This document shows, piece by piece, positions 1 through 10,074 of a stretch of DNA of 64,000 nucleotides. The stretch's first letter is position 1; each line of letters starts with the position of its first letter. This DNA is from Oscillospiraceae bacterium. GTDB lineage: Bacteria; Bacillota; Clostridia; Oscillospirales; CAG-272. The notes below the pieces were generated by a model. The model ran no database searches, was not told the origin of the DNA, and saw only the letters and a program-made list of their open reading frames with translations. The stretch covers positions 34,484-98,483 of the forward strand of contig SVUJ01000005.1 of the NCBI GenBank assembly GCA_015063305.1, given 5' to 3'. The translations under genes and the position numbers were made by a program.

Positions 1-1
1 A

Positions 2-1594
2 ACGGGAGCGATACTTGCTATGGCCACATCGTCGCCGTTTGACCTTAACGATCCGTGGACGCTTGACGAGCTATCGCAGTCGAAGCTCGACAGCAGCGGA
101 TTTGCCAAGGATTCCGAGCAATACAGCAATTTTTCACGCGGACTTCTCACCACTATGTGGTCGAACAAAGCGATAACCGAGAGCTACATACCGGGTTCTA
201 CCTTTAAGATAATAACCTCGTCTATGGCGCTTGAGGAGAATAAAGTTTCTCTTAACGAAACCTGCACCTGTAACGGCTATAAGATCGTTTCGGGCAGAAA
301 GATAAAGTGCCATGAGGTACACGGACACGGAACGATAACCTATACACAGGGACTTCAGCAGTCCTGTAACGTCTGGTTTATGACGCTTGGTGAGCGTGTT
401 GGGATTGAAAAGTTCCAACAATACGCAAAGGCGTTTGGATATCACGAAAAGACGGGTATCGACCTCCCCGGAGAGGGAAGCAGTATATTTGCAACTCAGA
501 TGACGGGTCTTGACCTTGCGATATACGCCTTCGGTCAGAACTTCAACGTGACCCCCATTCAGCAGATATGCGCTGTTGCGGCGGTGGCTAACGGTGGAAA
601 TCTCGTCACTCCTTACGTTGTCGAGAGTGTGACCGACAATATGGGAAATACTATATACCGCCACGAGACCGAAATTAAAAGAGATGTCCTCAGCGACGAG
701 GTCTGCAAAACTCTTGCGACCGTTCTTGAGGAAGGCGTTTCGGGTGACGGCGGAGCTAAGACCGCATACGTTGCTGGATACAGAGTAGCCGCAAAAACGG
801 GAACTTCCGAGAAAAAAGAAAGAGAGTGCCCGATATGCGGATACACAGGTCAGCATAAGGAAACGCTGAACAAGGATACCGAGAACGAGCAGATAATTTA
901 TGAATGTACCGTTTGCAAGCACACGGGACTTATGGATGATTTTGCTCAGAGCGAAAAGTATGTTTGTTCAACAGTAGCCTTTGCCCCCGCAGACGACCCT
1001 GAGATAGCAATAATAATCATGGTCGACGAGCCCACTAAGGGAAGTCTTTACGGAAGCACGGTTGCAGCCCCCTATATAGCGGGCGCGCTTAAGAATATTT
1101 TGCCCTATTACGGTATCGAGCCCGTTTACGATGAGAAGGAGATAGAAAATATATCCATTACCATCAGTAACTACAGAGGACAGAATACCGCAACAGCAAA
1201 GGAAAGAATAGAAAAGCTTGGTTTCAAGTGTACTATAGTCGGAAGCGGAGATAAGGTCACATCGCAGCTTCCCGCGGCATACAGCGTGGTAAACAAGAAT
1301 TCGGGATCGTTTTCGGGCGTGATCGTGCTTTACACGGGAAATGCCGAGCAGGCGCAAACGGTGATAGTTCCCGACCTTACGGGAAAGACATCTGTTGCGG
1401 CAAATCAGCTTTTGATAAATCTCGGACTTAATATAAGAATAGAGGGAGTAAATAATCCCTACGTTTCGGAGAACAACATCGCAAAGGTAGTGTCTCAGTC
1501 GATAGCACCGGGAACGGCAGTTGCGCCGGGTACGGTAGTGACAGTCGAGTTCAGGCATCCCGTTGTGGATGAGGATACCGATTATCTATCTTAA
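2..1594 (+). CDS. Class B penicillin-binding protein (SpoVD/FtsI-type transpeptidase). The 5' end lies outside the window. It has two C-terminal PASTA-like repeats
   Basis: The reading frame is open to the window edge. Motifs seen: STFK (SxxK), SCN (SxN), AKTGT (KTG) and FAPADDP. Two PASTA-like segments lie near the C-terminus. It is the first gene of the mur/fts cluster. Confidence 0.85.
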   Translation, partial: TGAILAMATSSPFDLNDPWTLDELSQSKLDSSGFAKDSEQYSNFSRGLLTTMWSNKAITESYIPGSTFKIITSSMALEENKVSLNETCTCNGYKIVSGRKIKCHEVHGHGTITYTQGLQQSCNVWFMTLGERVGIEKFQQYAKAFGYHEKTGIDLPGEGSSIFATQMTGLDLAIYAFGQNFNVTPIQQICAVAAVANGGNLVTPYVVESVTDNMGNTIYRHETEIKRDVLSDEVCKTLATVLEEGVSGDGGAKTAYVAGYRVAAKTGTSEKKERECPICGYTGQHKETLNKDTENEQIIYECTVCKHTGLMDDFAQSEKYVCSTVAFAPADDPEIAIIIMVDEPTKGSLYGSTVAAPYIAGALKNILPYYGIEPVYDEKEIENISITISNYRGQNTATAKERIEKLGFKCTIVGSGDKVTSQLPAAYSVVNKNSGSFSGVIVLYTGNAEQAQTVIVPDLTGKTSVAANQLLINLGLNIRIEGVNNPYVSENNIAKVVSQSIAPGTAVAPGTVVTVEFRHPVVDEDTDYLS

Positions 1595-1662
1595 GTAAGT
1601 CCAATTAGAACTGGCGCAAACAGCGCCGAGGAAGTTTAAATAAATAAACTTCGGAGGCGGAT

Positions 1663-3168
1663 ATGAAGGTATCTGAGCTGTTTGGTAAGTCCAACATAGA
1701 TTACCCGCGAGAAGCGGAAAATATTGAAATAACCGAGATAGTTACCGATTCGAGGAAGGCGTGCGAGGGCTGTGCGTTTATATGTATAAACGGACAGAGA
1801 CACGACGGACACGAAAATATCGGAGAAGCTGTTTCGGTAGGTGCCAAGGTTATAGTAGCAGAGCAAGTGCGTGACGAAGGTGTGGGTGGTGCCGCAGCGA
1901 TTTATGTTGAAAACACCAGACGGGCGGCTGCTTTGCTCTATAACACATGGTATAATAACCCCGCCGAGGGCATGAAGCTCGTGGCGGTGACGGGTACTAA
2001 CGGAAAGACCTCGGTAAGCTTTTTGCTCAAAAAGATATTTGAGAGAGCGGGATACCGATGCGGTGTGATAGGAACGGTGGGCTGCATAAGCTGTGGAAGG
2101 CTTATCCACAGCTATTCGGAAAATCCAAATGTCAGTATGACCACACCCGACCCCGAGGATCTTTACAGGATACTCTCTCTTATGAGAGATGACGGCGTTG
2201 AATACGTTTTTATAGAAGCGACATCACACGCGCTTGCCTTATCAAAGCTCGACGCCTTGAGCTTTGATATAGGAATCTTCACAAATCTCACACAGGATCA
2301 CCTTGATTTTCACGGAAGTATGGAAAATTATTTCAAGGCGAAATCAAGGCTCTTTGAAATGTGTGATAAGGCGATAATAAACATTGACGATTTGTGGGCA
2401 CAAAGATTTATAGAACGCGCCCATTGTAAGGATATCTACACGGTGTCCGCGAAGGCAGAAGCGGACGTTATAGCAAAGAATATAATATTTTCTCGGGATC
2501 ACAGCACCTCTTATATGCTCCGCAGCAGATTTGGAGATGCGAGTGTGAAGCTTGGAGTTCCGGGAAGATTTTTCGTCGTAAACTCCCTTGAGGCGGCGGC
2601 AGCCGCGCTGGTCAGCGGGATCGACGCCGCTGATATTGCAGGGGCTCTTGCCGACTTTGGCGGAGTTGACGGAAGAATGGAACGCGTGCGCCTTGATGAG
2701 GACGCGCGGATATCTGTCTTCGTTGATTACGCGCATACGCCCGACGCACTTGAAAATCTGCTTAAGAGTGTCAGAGATATACGCGACCCAAGGCAGAGGA
2801 TAGTTCTCCTCTTCGGATGCGGAGGGGACAGGGACAGAGGAAAGCGCAAAGAAATGGCGCAAATAGCTTCAAGATTATCGGATTTTGTTATAGTAACGTC
2901 TGATAACAGCAGAAGCGAGGATCCCGAGAGGATAATATCTGATATCCTTAAGGGAATAGATAAGGAAAAAGAGTTCGTTGTTATAGAGGAAAGAGCTTCG
3001 GCGATAGAATATGCGGTATGCAATTCGCGCCGAGGGGATATAATAATCCTTGCGGGTAAGGGGCACGAGCGGTATGAGATAGACCGCGACGGAAAACATC
3101 CCTTTGACGAGCGGGATATAGTAAAAAAGGCTTACGAAAAATTTAAACGTATATATAAGGATAACTGA
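1663..3168 (+). CDS. murE: UDP-N-acetylmuramoyl-tripeptide synthetase MurE
   Basis: GGAGG RBS. Mur-ligase P-loop VTGTNGKTS. The C-terminal TSDNSRSEDP region resembles the MurE DNPR region. Position between the PBP and murF. Confidence 0.9.
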   Translation: MKVSELFGKSNIDYPREAENIEITEIVTDSRKACEGCAFICINGQRHDGHENIGEAVSVGAKVIVAEQVRDEGVGGAAAIYVENTRRAAALLYNTWYNNPAEGMKLVAVTGTNGKTSVSFLLKKIFERAGYRCGVIGTVGCISCGRLIHSYSENPNVSMTTPDPEDLYRILSLMRDDGVEYVFIEATSHALALSKLDALSFDIGIFTNLTQDHLDFHGSMENYFKAKSRLFEMCDKAIINIDDLWAQRFIERAHCKDIYTVSAKAEADVIAKNIIFSRDHSTSYMLRSRFGDASVKLGVPGRFFVVNSLEAAAAALVSGIDAADIAGALADFGGVDGRMERVRLDEDARISVFVDYAHTPDALENLLKSVRDIRDPRQRIVLLFGCGGDRDRGKRKEMAQIASRLSDFVIVTSDNSRSEDPERIISDILKGIDKEKEFVVIEERASAIEYAVCNSRRGDIIILAGKGHERYEIDRDGKHPFDERDIVKKAYEKFKRIYKDN

Positions 3169-3182
3169 GGGAGGTAATACTG

Positions 3183-4631
3183 ATGAAGGTAAATATCGGA
3201 TGGAACAAGCTTACGATGTCAGAGCTGGCGCAGATATGCGGCGGTATGCTTTGCTGTATCGGCGGAGAGACCGACCACGATATTTTGTTTGATTCGGTAT
3301 GTACCGACTCCCGTGAGACCGATGCGGGCGCGCTTTTCGTTGCTATCGACGGAGAAAAGGTAAGCGGACACGATTATATCGGCGCGGCAGTATCCTCGGG
3401 AAGCGGTTGCGTTCTTTGTGAGCGCATACCCGAAACACTCACCGATAAGAAATACGCGGCTGTTGTGGTAGAAGACTCGATAAAGGCGATGGGAGAGCTT
3501 GCAAAGGCATACGACCGCCGTCTTAATCACCGCAAGGTAGCTATCACGGGAAGCGTTGGAAAGACAACTACCAAGGAGTTCGTTGCGGCTGTTCTTGCCG
3601 AGAGCTTTAAGGTCCATAAAACAGAGGGTAACTTTAACAGTAATATAGGTATGCCCCTTTCTATGCTCTCTATGAAGCACGATACACAGGTGTCGGTGCT
3701 TGAGATGGGTATGAGCGATTTTGGCGAGATAGACTACCTTTCCAGAATAGCAGAGCCCGATATCGCGATAGTCACAAATATTGGCTCTTCGCATATGGAG
3801 CATCTCGGCTCGCGCGAGAATATATGCCGCGCAAAGCTTGAGATAGTAAACGGACTTAAGAAGGGCGGAACGCTGCTTCTCAACGGAGATGAGCCTCTTC
3901 TCAGAGAGTACAGCAACCCCGATTATACCCCCATATACGTCGGTATAGACAACAAGGATTGCGATTTCAGAGCTGTGAATATAAGAAGCAGTATGGAGTC
4001 CACCAAATTTGAGCTTATTTACAACAATAAGGTCGTAAAGAGGGCAACTATCCCCGCGCTTGGAAAGCACAACGTATACGCGGCGCTTTTTGCATACGCG
4101 GTCGGCGTTCGTATGGGACTTGACGATGAAACTATAATGAACGGTCTTAAGAATTTCAAGCCCGTCGGAATGAGACAGAACATATATGATCTTGGGGGTA
4201 TAACAGTTATCGAGGACTGCTATAACGCAAGCCCCGAGTCTATGCGCGCGGCTATATCTGTTTTGCGCGACCTCAAGGAAAGACAGGGCGGAAGAATGAG
4301 CGCTGTTCTCGGAGACATGTATGAGCTTGGCGATACCTCGCCCGCGCTTCACGAGCAGATAGGACTTGAGTTTGCGAAGATGGGTGGAAGTATGCTTTAT
4401 ACCTTCGGTAAACAGGCAAATGATATAGCGCTCGGCGCTGTGCTTGGCGGTGTTCAGAATGAGAACATATTCCGCAACGAGGACGTAAGGTCGCCTGCGC
4501 TCAGCGCAGAGATGATACTCTCAAGCTTAAGAGCGGGAGATCTCTTGCTTGTCAAGGCGAGCCGCGGAGCGGCTGCTGAGAGGATACTCGCGTATCTCAA
4601 GGAAAACAAGGATAGGATAGCTAAGAACTGA
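3183..4631 (+). CDS. murF: UDP-N-acetylmuramoyl-tripeptide--D-Ala-D-Ala ligase MurF
   Basis: GGGAGG RBS. ITGSVGKTTTKE P-loop. Mur-ligase layout. Synteny murE-murF-mraY. Confidence 0.9.
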   Translation: MKVNIGWNKLTMSELAQICGGMLCCIGGETDHDILFDSVCTDSRETDAGALFVAIDGEKVSGHDYIGAAVSSGSGCVLCERIPETLTDKKYAAVVVEDSIKAMGELAKAYDRRLNHRKVAITGSVGKTTTKEFVAAVLAESFKVHKTEGNFNSNIGMPLSMLSMKHDTQVSVLEMGMSDFGEIDYLSRIAEPDIAIVTNIGSSHMEHLGSRENICRAKLEIVNGLKKGGTLLLNGDEPLLREYSNPDYTPIYVGIDNKDCDFRAVNIRSSMESTKFELIYNNKVVKRATIPALGKHNVYAALFAYAVGVRMGLDDETIMNGLKNFKPVGMRQNIYDLGGITVIEDCYNASPESMRAAISVLRDLKERQGGRMSAVLGDMYELGDTSPALHEQIGLEFAKMGGSMLYTFGKQANDIALGAVLGGVQNENIFRNEDVRSPALSAEMILSSLRAGDLLLVKASRGAAAERILAYLKENKDRIAKN

Positions 4632-4661
4632 TATCATATTAATTTACGACGTAAAAAAACA

Positions 4662-5486
4662 ATGAGATATAAAAAACACTTACTCAGAGTTTGCTGTATT
4701 CTGCTTACGCTTGTTCTTTGTATGGTCGGATGCGAAAAGGAAAAGGACAACAAAAACAGCGTTAACGAGGACGAATTTTTGCCTGTAATGGCAGATGTCA
4801 GCAACACTAAAAAAACGAATAATAAAGGAAACGGTGGCAAAAAAGTAGCACTTACCTTTGATGACGGACCACATAACGTCTATACAAAGGCGATAGTTGA
4901 TGAGCTTTCGAAATACGGTTACAATGCCACCTTTTTCGTACTTGGAAACCGCGTTGACGGAACTGATTATAACGGCTCGTCGGCTCTTATTTACGCCGCC
5001 GAGAAGGGAAACGAGATAGGTATTCACGGCTACACGCACGAGATCTATTATGATAGATGCAGTGATGCCGATTATAACAACGAGATATCAAAAACCGACA
5101 GCGCAATAAAAAACAGGCTAAAGGGAACTAACCCCAAGCTTATGCGCCCCATTGGCGGCAAAATAACCGATAGCAGGATACAGACCTCAAAGTATTCGGT
5201 GATATTCTGGGACGTTGACTCGGAGGACTGGAGATATAAATACAAGCCCAGTGACGACGAGGCAACGAAAAAGGAAAAGTTAGATACGATAGTTAATAAC
5301 GTAATGTCCTCGGTCAGAGAGGGAAGCATAATACTTATGCACGATATCTACGAGGGTACATACGATGCGACTGTTATAATATTACAGAGGTTGCACCAAG
5401 AGGGATACGAGGTCGTAACGGTGTCTGAACTGTTGGGCTCGGATCTCAGCGCGGGGAAGAGCTATAGCCGAAGGGCGGCATCATAA
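4662..5486 (+). CDS. Polysaccharide deacetylase (NodB homology domain), probable lipoprotein
   Basis: Signal peptide with lipobox-like MVGC. NodB motifs ALTFDDGP, HGYTHE and LMHD. Confidence 0.8.
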   Translation: MRYKKHLLRVCCILLTLVLCMVGCEKEKDNKNSVNEDEFLPVMADVSNTKKTNNKGNGGKKVALTFDDGPHNVYTKAIVDELSKYGYNATFFVLGNRVDGTDYNGSSALIYAAEKGNEIGIHGYTHEIYYDRCSDADYNNEISKTDSAIKNRLKGTNPKLMRPIGGKITDSRIQTSKYSVIFWDVDSEDWRYKYKPSDDEATKKEKLDTIVNNVMSSVREGSIILMHDIYEGTYDATVIILQRLHQEGYEVVTVSELLGSDLSAGKSYSRRAAS

Positions 5487-5514
5487 AATAAGTGTTATAG
5501 AGTAGAGGTAGATA

Positions 5515-6507
5515 ATGTTTAAAGAGCTGTTAGTTAATTTTGCAACGGTGGCGATAGTGACCTTCGTGCTTACCGTTATAATATCAAAAATAGTAATACC
5601 GATACTCAGAGGTCATAAGATAGGTCAGTCGATAAGAGAGGAAGGACCTCATTGGCATCGCTCAAAGGCGGGAACTCCCACAATGGGCGGTATATGCTTT
5701 ATAATGGCGATGCTCATAAGCCTTGCCATAATGACGGTCATATACTTCACACAGGGCAGACAGGAGGAGCTTATCCCCCTCGCGCTCACCTTGGGACTTG
5801 CTCTTGCGAACGGACTTATCGGATTTGTTGACGATTACTGTAAGCTTATAAAAAAGCAGAACGAGGGACTTAAGGTATATCAGAAAACTATACTTCATAT
5901 TCTGGTAGCCGCTATATACGTCTTCGTTATGGAGCTGCTCGGCTGCATAGACACCTCGCTTTCAATACCCTTTACCGATATTTCTATCGAGCTTGGTTGG
6001 CTCTATTACGTTTTCGCTATCGGACTTATATTCGGTATGGCAACGGGAGTTAACTTTACCGACGGTATAGACGGACTTGCAAGCTCGGTAACGCTCGTTA
6101 TATCGGTATTCTTCGGAGTGGTGGCGCTCACGATGCTCAGCCCCTCGCTCACGCTTATATCGGCGGCGCTTATCGGCGGACTTTGCGGATTTCTCGTTTT
6201 CAATATACACCCCGCAAAGGTGTTTATGGGAGATACAGGCTCGCTCTTTCTGGGCGGAGCGGTAACGGGAGCGGCATTTATTATGGGTGAGCCGCTTGTG
6301 ATAGTGATAATCGGCGGTATATACATCATTGAGGTGCTTTCTGTGATCATACAGGTCACAAGCTTCAAGCTCAGGGCAAAGCGTGTATTTAAAATGACCC
6401 CTATCCATCATCATTTTGAAAAATGCGGTTGGGGTGAGGGGAAGATAGTAATGATCTTCTCGGCTATTACGGTTGCCTTGTGTGTTATAGGTTGGTTCAG
6501 CATATAA
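5515..6507 (+). CDS. mraY: Phospho-N-acetylmuramoyl-pentapeptide transferase MraY
   Basis: Polytopic membrane protein. Motifs GFVDDY, NFTDGIDGLA and MGDTGSLFLGG. dcw synteny. Confidence 0.92.
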   Translation: MFKELLVNFATVAIVTFVLTVIISKIVIPILRGHKIGQSIREEGPHWHRSKAGTPTMGGICFIMAMLISLAIMTVIYFTQGRQEELIPLALTLGLALANGLIGFVDDYCKLIKKQNEGLKVYQKTILHILVAAIYVFVMELLGCIDTSLSIPFTDISIELGWLYYVFAIGLIFGMATGVNFTDGIDGLASSVTLVISVFFGVVALTMLSPSLTLISAALIGGLCGFLVFNIHPAKVFMGDTGSLFLGGAVTGAAFIMGEPLVIVIIGGIYIIEVLSVIIQVTSFKLRAKRVFKMTPIHHHFEKCGWGEGKIVMIFSAITVALCVIGWFSI

Positions 6508-6533
6508 AATTTTAAAGGTCGGAGGTGGCTGAA

Positions 6534-7841
6534 ATGGATAACGAAAAAGAAAATCAGACTGCTCCGGCAGAAGACCTCACCGATAAACAAGAGAAAAAAC
6601 AAAGCACGGCAGTAAGAATAATAAACGATTATAAGAGAAAGAGGGAGGAGGACGCCGCTATAAACGACGTTATCTTCACCGAGCCGCTGGGCGGTCTTCC
6701 CGAGGAGAAGCCACAGCCGCTTCGCAAAGGGAATATAGACGTATGGTTCTTTTTGTGGGCGGTGATGCTGATACTCTTCGGCGCGGTAATGTCCTACAGT
6801 GCAAGCGCGGTGTATGCGGAGACCTACTATGAGCTATCAAGCTACTTTCTTATAAGATACATTATATTTTCGGGTATAGCTATAGCGATAACGATACCCT
6901 TCGTCCTCTTTGCGCGTCCGTGGCATTGGAGGATAATAGGGGCGGGAAGCTACGCCTTGTCGATAGTGTTGCTCCTTGCGGTAATAGTTGTGGGAGATAC
7001 GGGCGGCGGAGCGCAGAGATGGATACAGGTAGGACCTATAACCATACAGCCCTCCGAGATAGCAAAAATGGCGGTGGTAATGGTACTCGCCATATACATG
7101 TCAAAATACGAAAAACAGATAAATTCCAGACATAAGTTCGGCGGAAATTTCAAGCACGGAGTGCTCTTTCCGATGATATTTATAGGCATCATCTGCGTGC
7201 TGGTCGCGCTTGAGCGCCACATATCGGGACTTATGATAATAGGTATGATAGGCGTTATGGTAATGTTCCTCGGCGGAACTCGCCTCAAATGGCTTGGAAT
7301 GTTTCTTGGACTTATAGGTGTGGCGGGAGTTTTTCTGATATTGGTTTCGGATTACGCTCAGGCGCGAGTGAACATCTGGTGGAACATAGATGCCGTTGAC
7401 CCTCTCGGAGCTGCATGGCAGACGCTTCAGGGACTTTACGCGATAGGCTCGGGAGGATTTTTTGGAGTGGGGCTTGGAAACAGCCGACAGAAATTCGGTT
7501 ACGTTTCAGAGCCGCAAAATGACTTTATCTTCTCGATAATATGCGAGGAGCTTGGATTTGTAGGGGCATTTCTGGTAGTATTCCTCTTTGGACTTCTTAT
7601 ATGGAGAGGAATAAAGATAGGGCAGAGAGCGCCCGATAAATTCTGCGCGCTGGTTATATGGGGACTAACCTTTAAGATAGCGCTGCAGGTGGCGATGAAT
7701 ATAGCGGTCGTAACAAACTCGATGCCGAACACGGGAATATCCTTGCCCTTCTTCAGCTCGGGAGGAACGTCGCTTATGCTTCAGATATTCGAGATAGGAA
7801 TAATCCTGTCCCTTTCAAGATATTCAACGCAGAAACAATAG
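6534..7841 (+). CDS. ftsW: SEDS family peptidoglycan polymerase FtsW/SpoVE/RodA with a charged ~70-aa N-terminal tail
   Basis: About ten TM segments. The C-terminal motif NTGISLPFFSSGGTS is typical of SEDS proteins. ATG 6534 follows GGAGG at 6521-6525. The ORF-track start at 6525 is a GTG that overlaps the RBS. Confidence 0.85.
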   Translation: MDNEKENQTAPAEDLTDKQEKKQSTAVRIINDYKRKREEDAAINDVIFTEPLGGLPEEKPQPLRKGNIDVWFFLWAVMLILFGAVMSYSASAVYAETYYELSSYFLIRYIIFSGIAIAITIPFVLFARPWHWRIIGAGSYALSIVLLLAVIVVGDTGGGAQRWIQVGPITIQPSEIAKMAVVMVLAIYMSKYEKQINSRHKFGGNFKHGVLFPMIFIGIICVLVALERHISGLMIIGMIGVMVMFLGGTRLKWLGMFLGLIGVAGVFLILVSDYAQARVNIWWNIDAVDPLGAAWQTLQGLYAIGSGGFFGVGLGNSRQKFGYVSEPQNDFIFSIICEELGFVGAFLVVFLFGLLIWRGIKIGQRAPDKFCALVIWGLTFKIALQVAMNIAVVTNSMPNTGISLPFFSSGGTSLMLQIFEIGIILSLSRYSTQKQ

Positions 7842-7899
7842 AAATTCAAATACCCCGCTTTCGCTCGGAATGCGGGGTAGATTTATAAACGGAGAGATT

Positions 7900-9021
7900 A
7901 TGAGAGTTTTGATAACAGGCGGAGGAACGGGAGGACACGTAAATCCCGCTCTTGCCATAGCGGAAATAATAAAGAGAAACCAGCCGTCCTCGGAGATAGC
8001 GTTTGTTGGAACACAGAAGGGTATGGAGAACACGCTCGTGCCAAAGGCGGGGTATCATTTGTACCATATAAATATTCAGGGCATACGCCGCTCACTCTCG
8101 CTGTCAAATCTCAAAACGGCGTATCTCGTGCTTGTATCACCCTCACACGCCAAAAAGATAATAAGGGAATTTAAGCCCGATATCGTTATAGGAACGGGCG
8201 GATACGTATGCTGGCCTTTGCTTAAAGCGGCGTCCTCTATGGGGATACCCACGATAGTGCACGAGTCTAATGCTATCGCGGGGGTAGCCGTAAAGCAGCT
8301 CAAGAATAAGCTTGACGTTATTATGACCAATTTTGAGTCTACCACAGCCACGCTCAAGGCAAAGGCAAAGATAATGAGAGTTGGAAATCCGATAAGCGGA
8401 GATTTCGGAAGATATAGCAAGGAAGAGGCAAGAGAATTGCTCGGAATCCCCCAAAGTGTTAAGCACGTTGTGCTTTCTTGCGGCGGAAGCCTTGGAGCGC
8501 AGAGAATGAACGAAGCTGCTCTTGAGGTTATGAGAGATTTTACCTCAAAGGACGAGAGCATTATGCACTTCCACGCGAGTGGAAAACGAGGTGCTGAGGC
8601 GGTCAGGCAGACGGCTGTTGAGTACGGTATAGCCGATAAGAAGAATATAGTTATATCGGAATACATCTACAATATGCCTGTGTTGATGGCGGCGGCGGAC
8701 GTTGTGATATGCCGCGCGGGTGCGATGACACTCTCTGAGATAGCGGCAATGGGAAAGGCGGCGATAATAATTCCGTCACCTAACGTGACCGATAATCACC
8801 AATATAAGAACGCGAAGGTGCTGTCCGACAAGGGTGCGGCTATATTGCTTGAGGAAAAGGATATGAGCGGCAAGAGCCTTTGCGAAGCGGTGCAAAAGCT
8901 GTGTTGCGACGATAAGCTCAGAGCGGATATGGAAGAAAAGATAGGCGCGTTTGCGTCAAGGGATACCGATAAGCTTATATATGAGGAGATATGTGACCTT
9001 ATCGAGAGAAAGAAAAAATAA
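7900..9021 (+). CDS. murG: Undecaprenyldiphospho-muramoylpentapeptide beta-N-acetylglucosaminyltransferase MurG
   Basis: MRVLITGGGTGGHVNPALA N-terminus. RBS GGAGAG at 7891-7896 precedes ATG 7900. dcw synteny. Confidence 0.9.
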   Translation: MRVLITGGGTGGHVNPALAIAEIIKRNQPSSEIAFVGTQKGMENTLVPKAGYHLYHINIQGIRRSLSLSNLKTAYLVLVSPSHAKKIIREFKPDIVIGTGGYVCWPLLKAASSMGIPTIVHESNAIAGVAVKQLKNKLDVIMTNFESTTATLKAKAKIMRVGNPISGDFGRYSKEEARELLGIPQSVKHVVLSCGGSLGAQRMNEAALEVMRDFTSKDESIMHFHASGKRGAEAVRQTAVEYGIADKKNIVISEYIYNMPVLMAAADVVICRAGAMTLSEIAAMGKAAIIIPSPNVTDNHQYKNAKVLSDKGAAILLEEKDMSGKSLCEAVQKLCCDDKLRADMEEKIGAFASRDTDKLIYEEICDLIERKKK

Positions 9022-9038
9022 AAGAAGGAGGGACGCGC

Positions 9039-9863
9039 ATGAGGAGAAAAGCTCAAAAAGCCGAAAAGACAATAGTTATAGATATAGTAAAGCTTATATC
9101 TGTCTTGCTGATAATAGCGATGTGCGTTCTTCTTATCATATCGGCGGTAAGATACGTAAAGAGCCTTATGAGGGTGTCGGGCTTTGAGATAATAGGCGAC
9201 TCTCCTTATGACAGGGAGGATATAGTAAACGCCACGGGAATAAAGCTCGGTGACAAGCTTTACGCCATCGAATATGATGATATAGAAAAAAAGATAATGA
9301 CAGAGTGCCCTTATATAAACGAGGTCGAGATAAAAAGCGTATTTCCGAACACCGTAAAGATAAAGGTCAGCTCGCTTTCGGCATCGTGGTACGTTAAGAT
9401 AGTTGACGACTACTACGCGCTTGACGCCGATCTTCGCGTACTTGAGGAGACCACCGACAACAAAAAATTTATAAACGGAAACGTTCCGTTTTTGGGTCTG
9501 CCGAATATAAAGAATTCCGTGGTAGGCTCAACTCTCACCTTTGGAGAGAGTGAGAGCGAGGTAAAATACGCAAATGAGATAATGGATATGATAAAGTCAA
9601 CTACCTTTAAGTCAAGGCTGACGGCGGTAAATATCGAAAACAGGTTTGATATATACATTCAGGTCGACGGCAAGATAGATGCTTATATGGGGGACACGTC
9701 GAAATTCGAGGCGAAGCTGAACGCTCTGCAAAGGGTGCTTAATGATAGTAGGCTTCAGGGCTGCGTGAGCGCCAAGATAGACCTGTCAAATCCCGAAAAT
9801 ATAGCGGTAAGCCCCGTGTATGATTACAGTACAACACAAGAGGAAACTACGGCGGAAGGATGA
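9039..9863 (+). CDS. ftsQ: Cell division protein FtsQ/DivIB (single TM, POTRA-type)
   Basis: N-terminal basic segment followed by a TM helix, then a POTRA-like beta-rich ectodomain. Position immediately upstream of ftsZ. Confidence 0.7.
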   Translation: MRRKAQKAEKTIVIDIVKLISVLLIIAMCVLLIISAVRYVKSLMRVSGFEIIGDSPYDREDIVNATGIKLGDKLYAIEYDDIEKKIMTECPYINEVEIKSVFPNTVKIKVSSLSASWYVKIVDDYYALDADLRVLEETTDNKKFINGNVPFLGLPNIKNSVVGSTLTFGESESEVKYANEIMDMIKSTTFKSRLTAVNIENRFDIYIQVDGKIDAYMGDTSKFEAKLNALQRVLNDSRLQGCVSAKIDLSNPENIAVSPVYDYSTTQEETTAEG

Positions 9864-10074
9864 GTTTTAAAAGAGTTAAATCAAATGCCTTTAATTTCTT
9901 AATTGTAACTCTTTTGACGAAAAAACAAGATAAAAAATTGTAAAAATATCATTAAATTGAAAAAAAGGTATTGCAAAATAACAGAAAATATATTATCATA
10001 TATATTAAGTAGAGCCGCGCCTGAGGGGCGTTGGCAGGAATAAGAGAATGTTAAAAATTTGGGAGGATATGATA

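Noticed and set aside
7851-7879. Hairpin taccccgc...gcggggta between ftsW and murG, considered as an internal terminator or attenuator.
   Set aside because: The stem is short with a 13-nt loop and no downstream T-run, and it sits inside a tightly packed operon. It is probably not a functional terminator.
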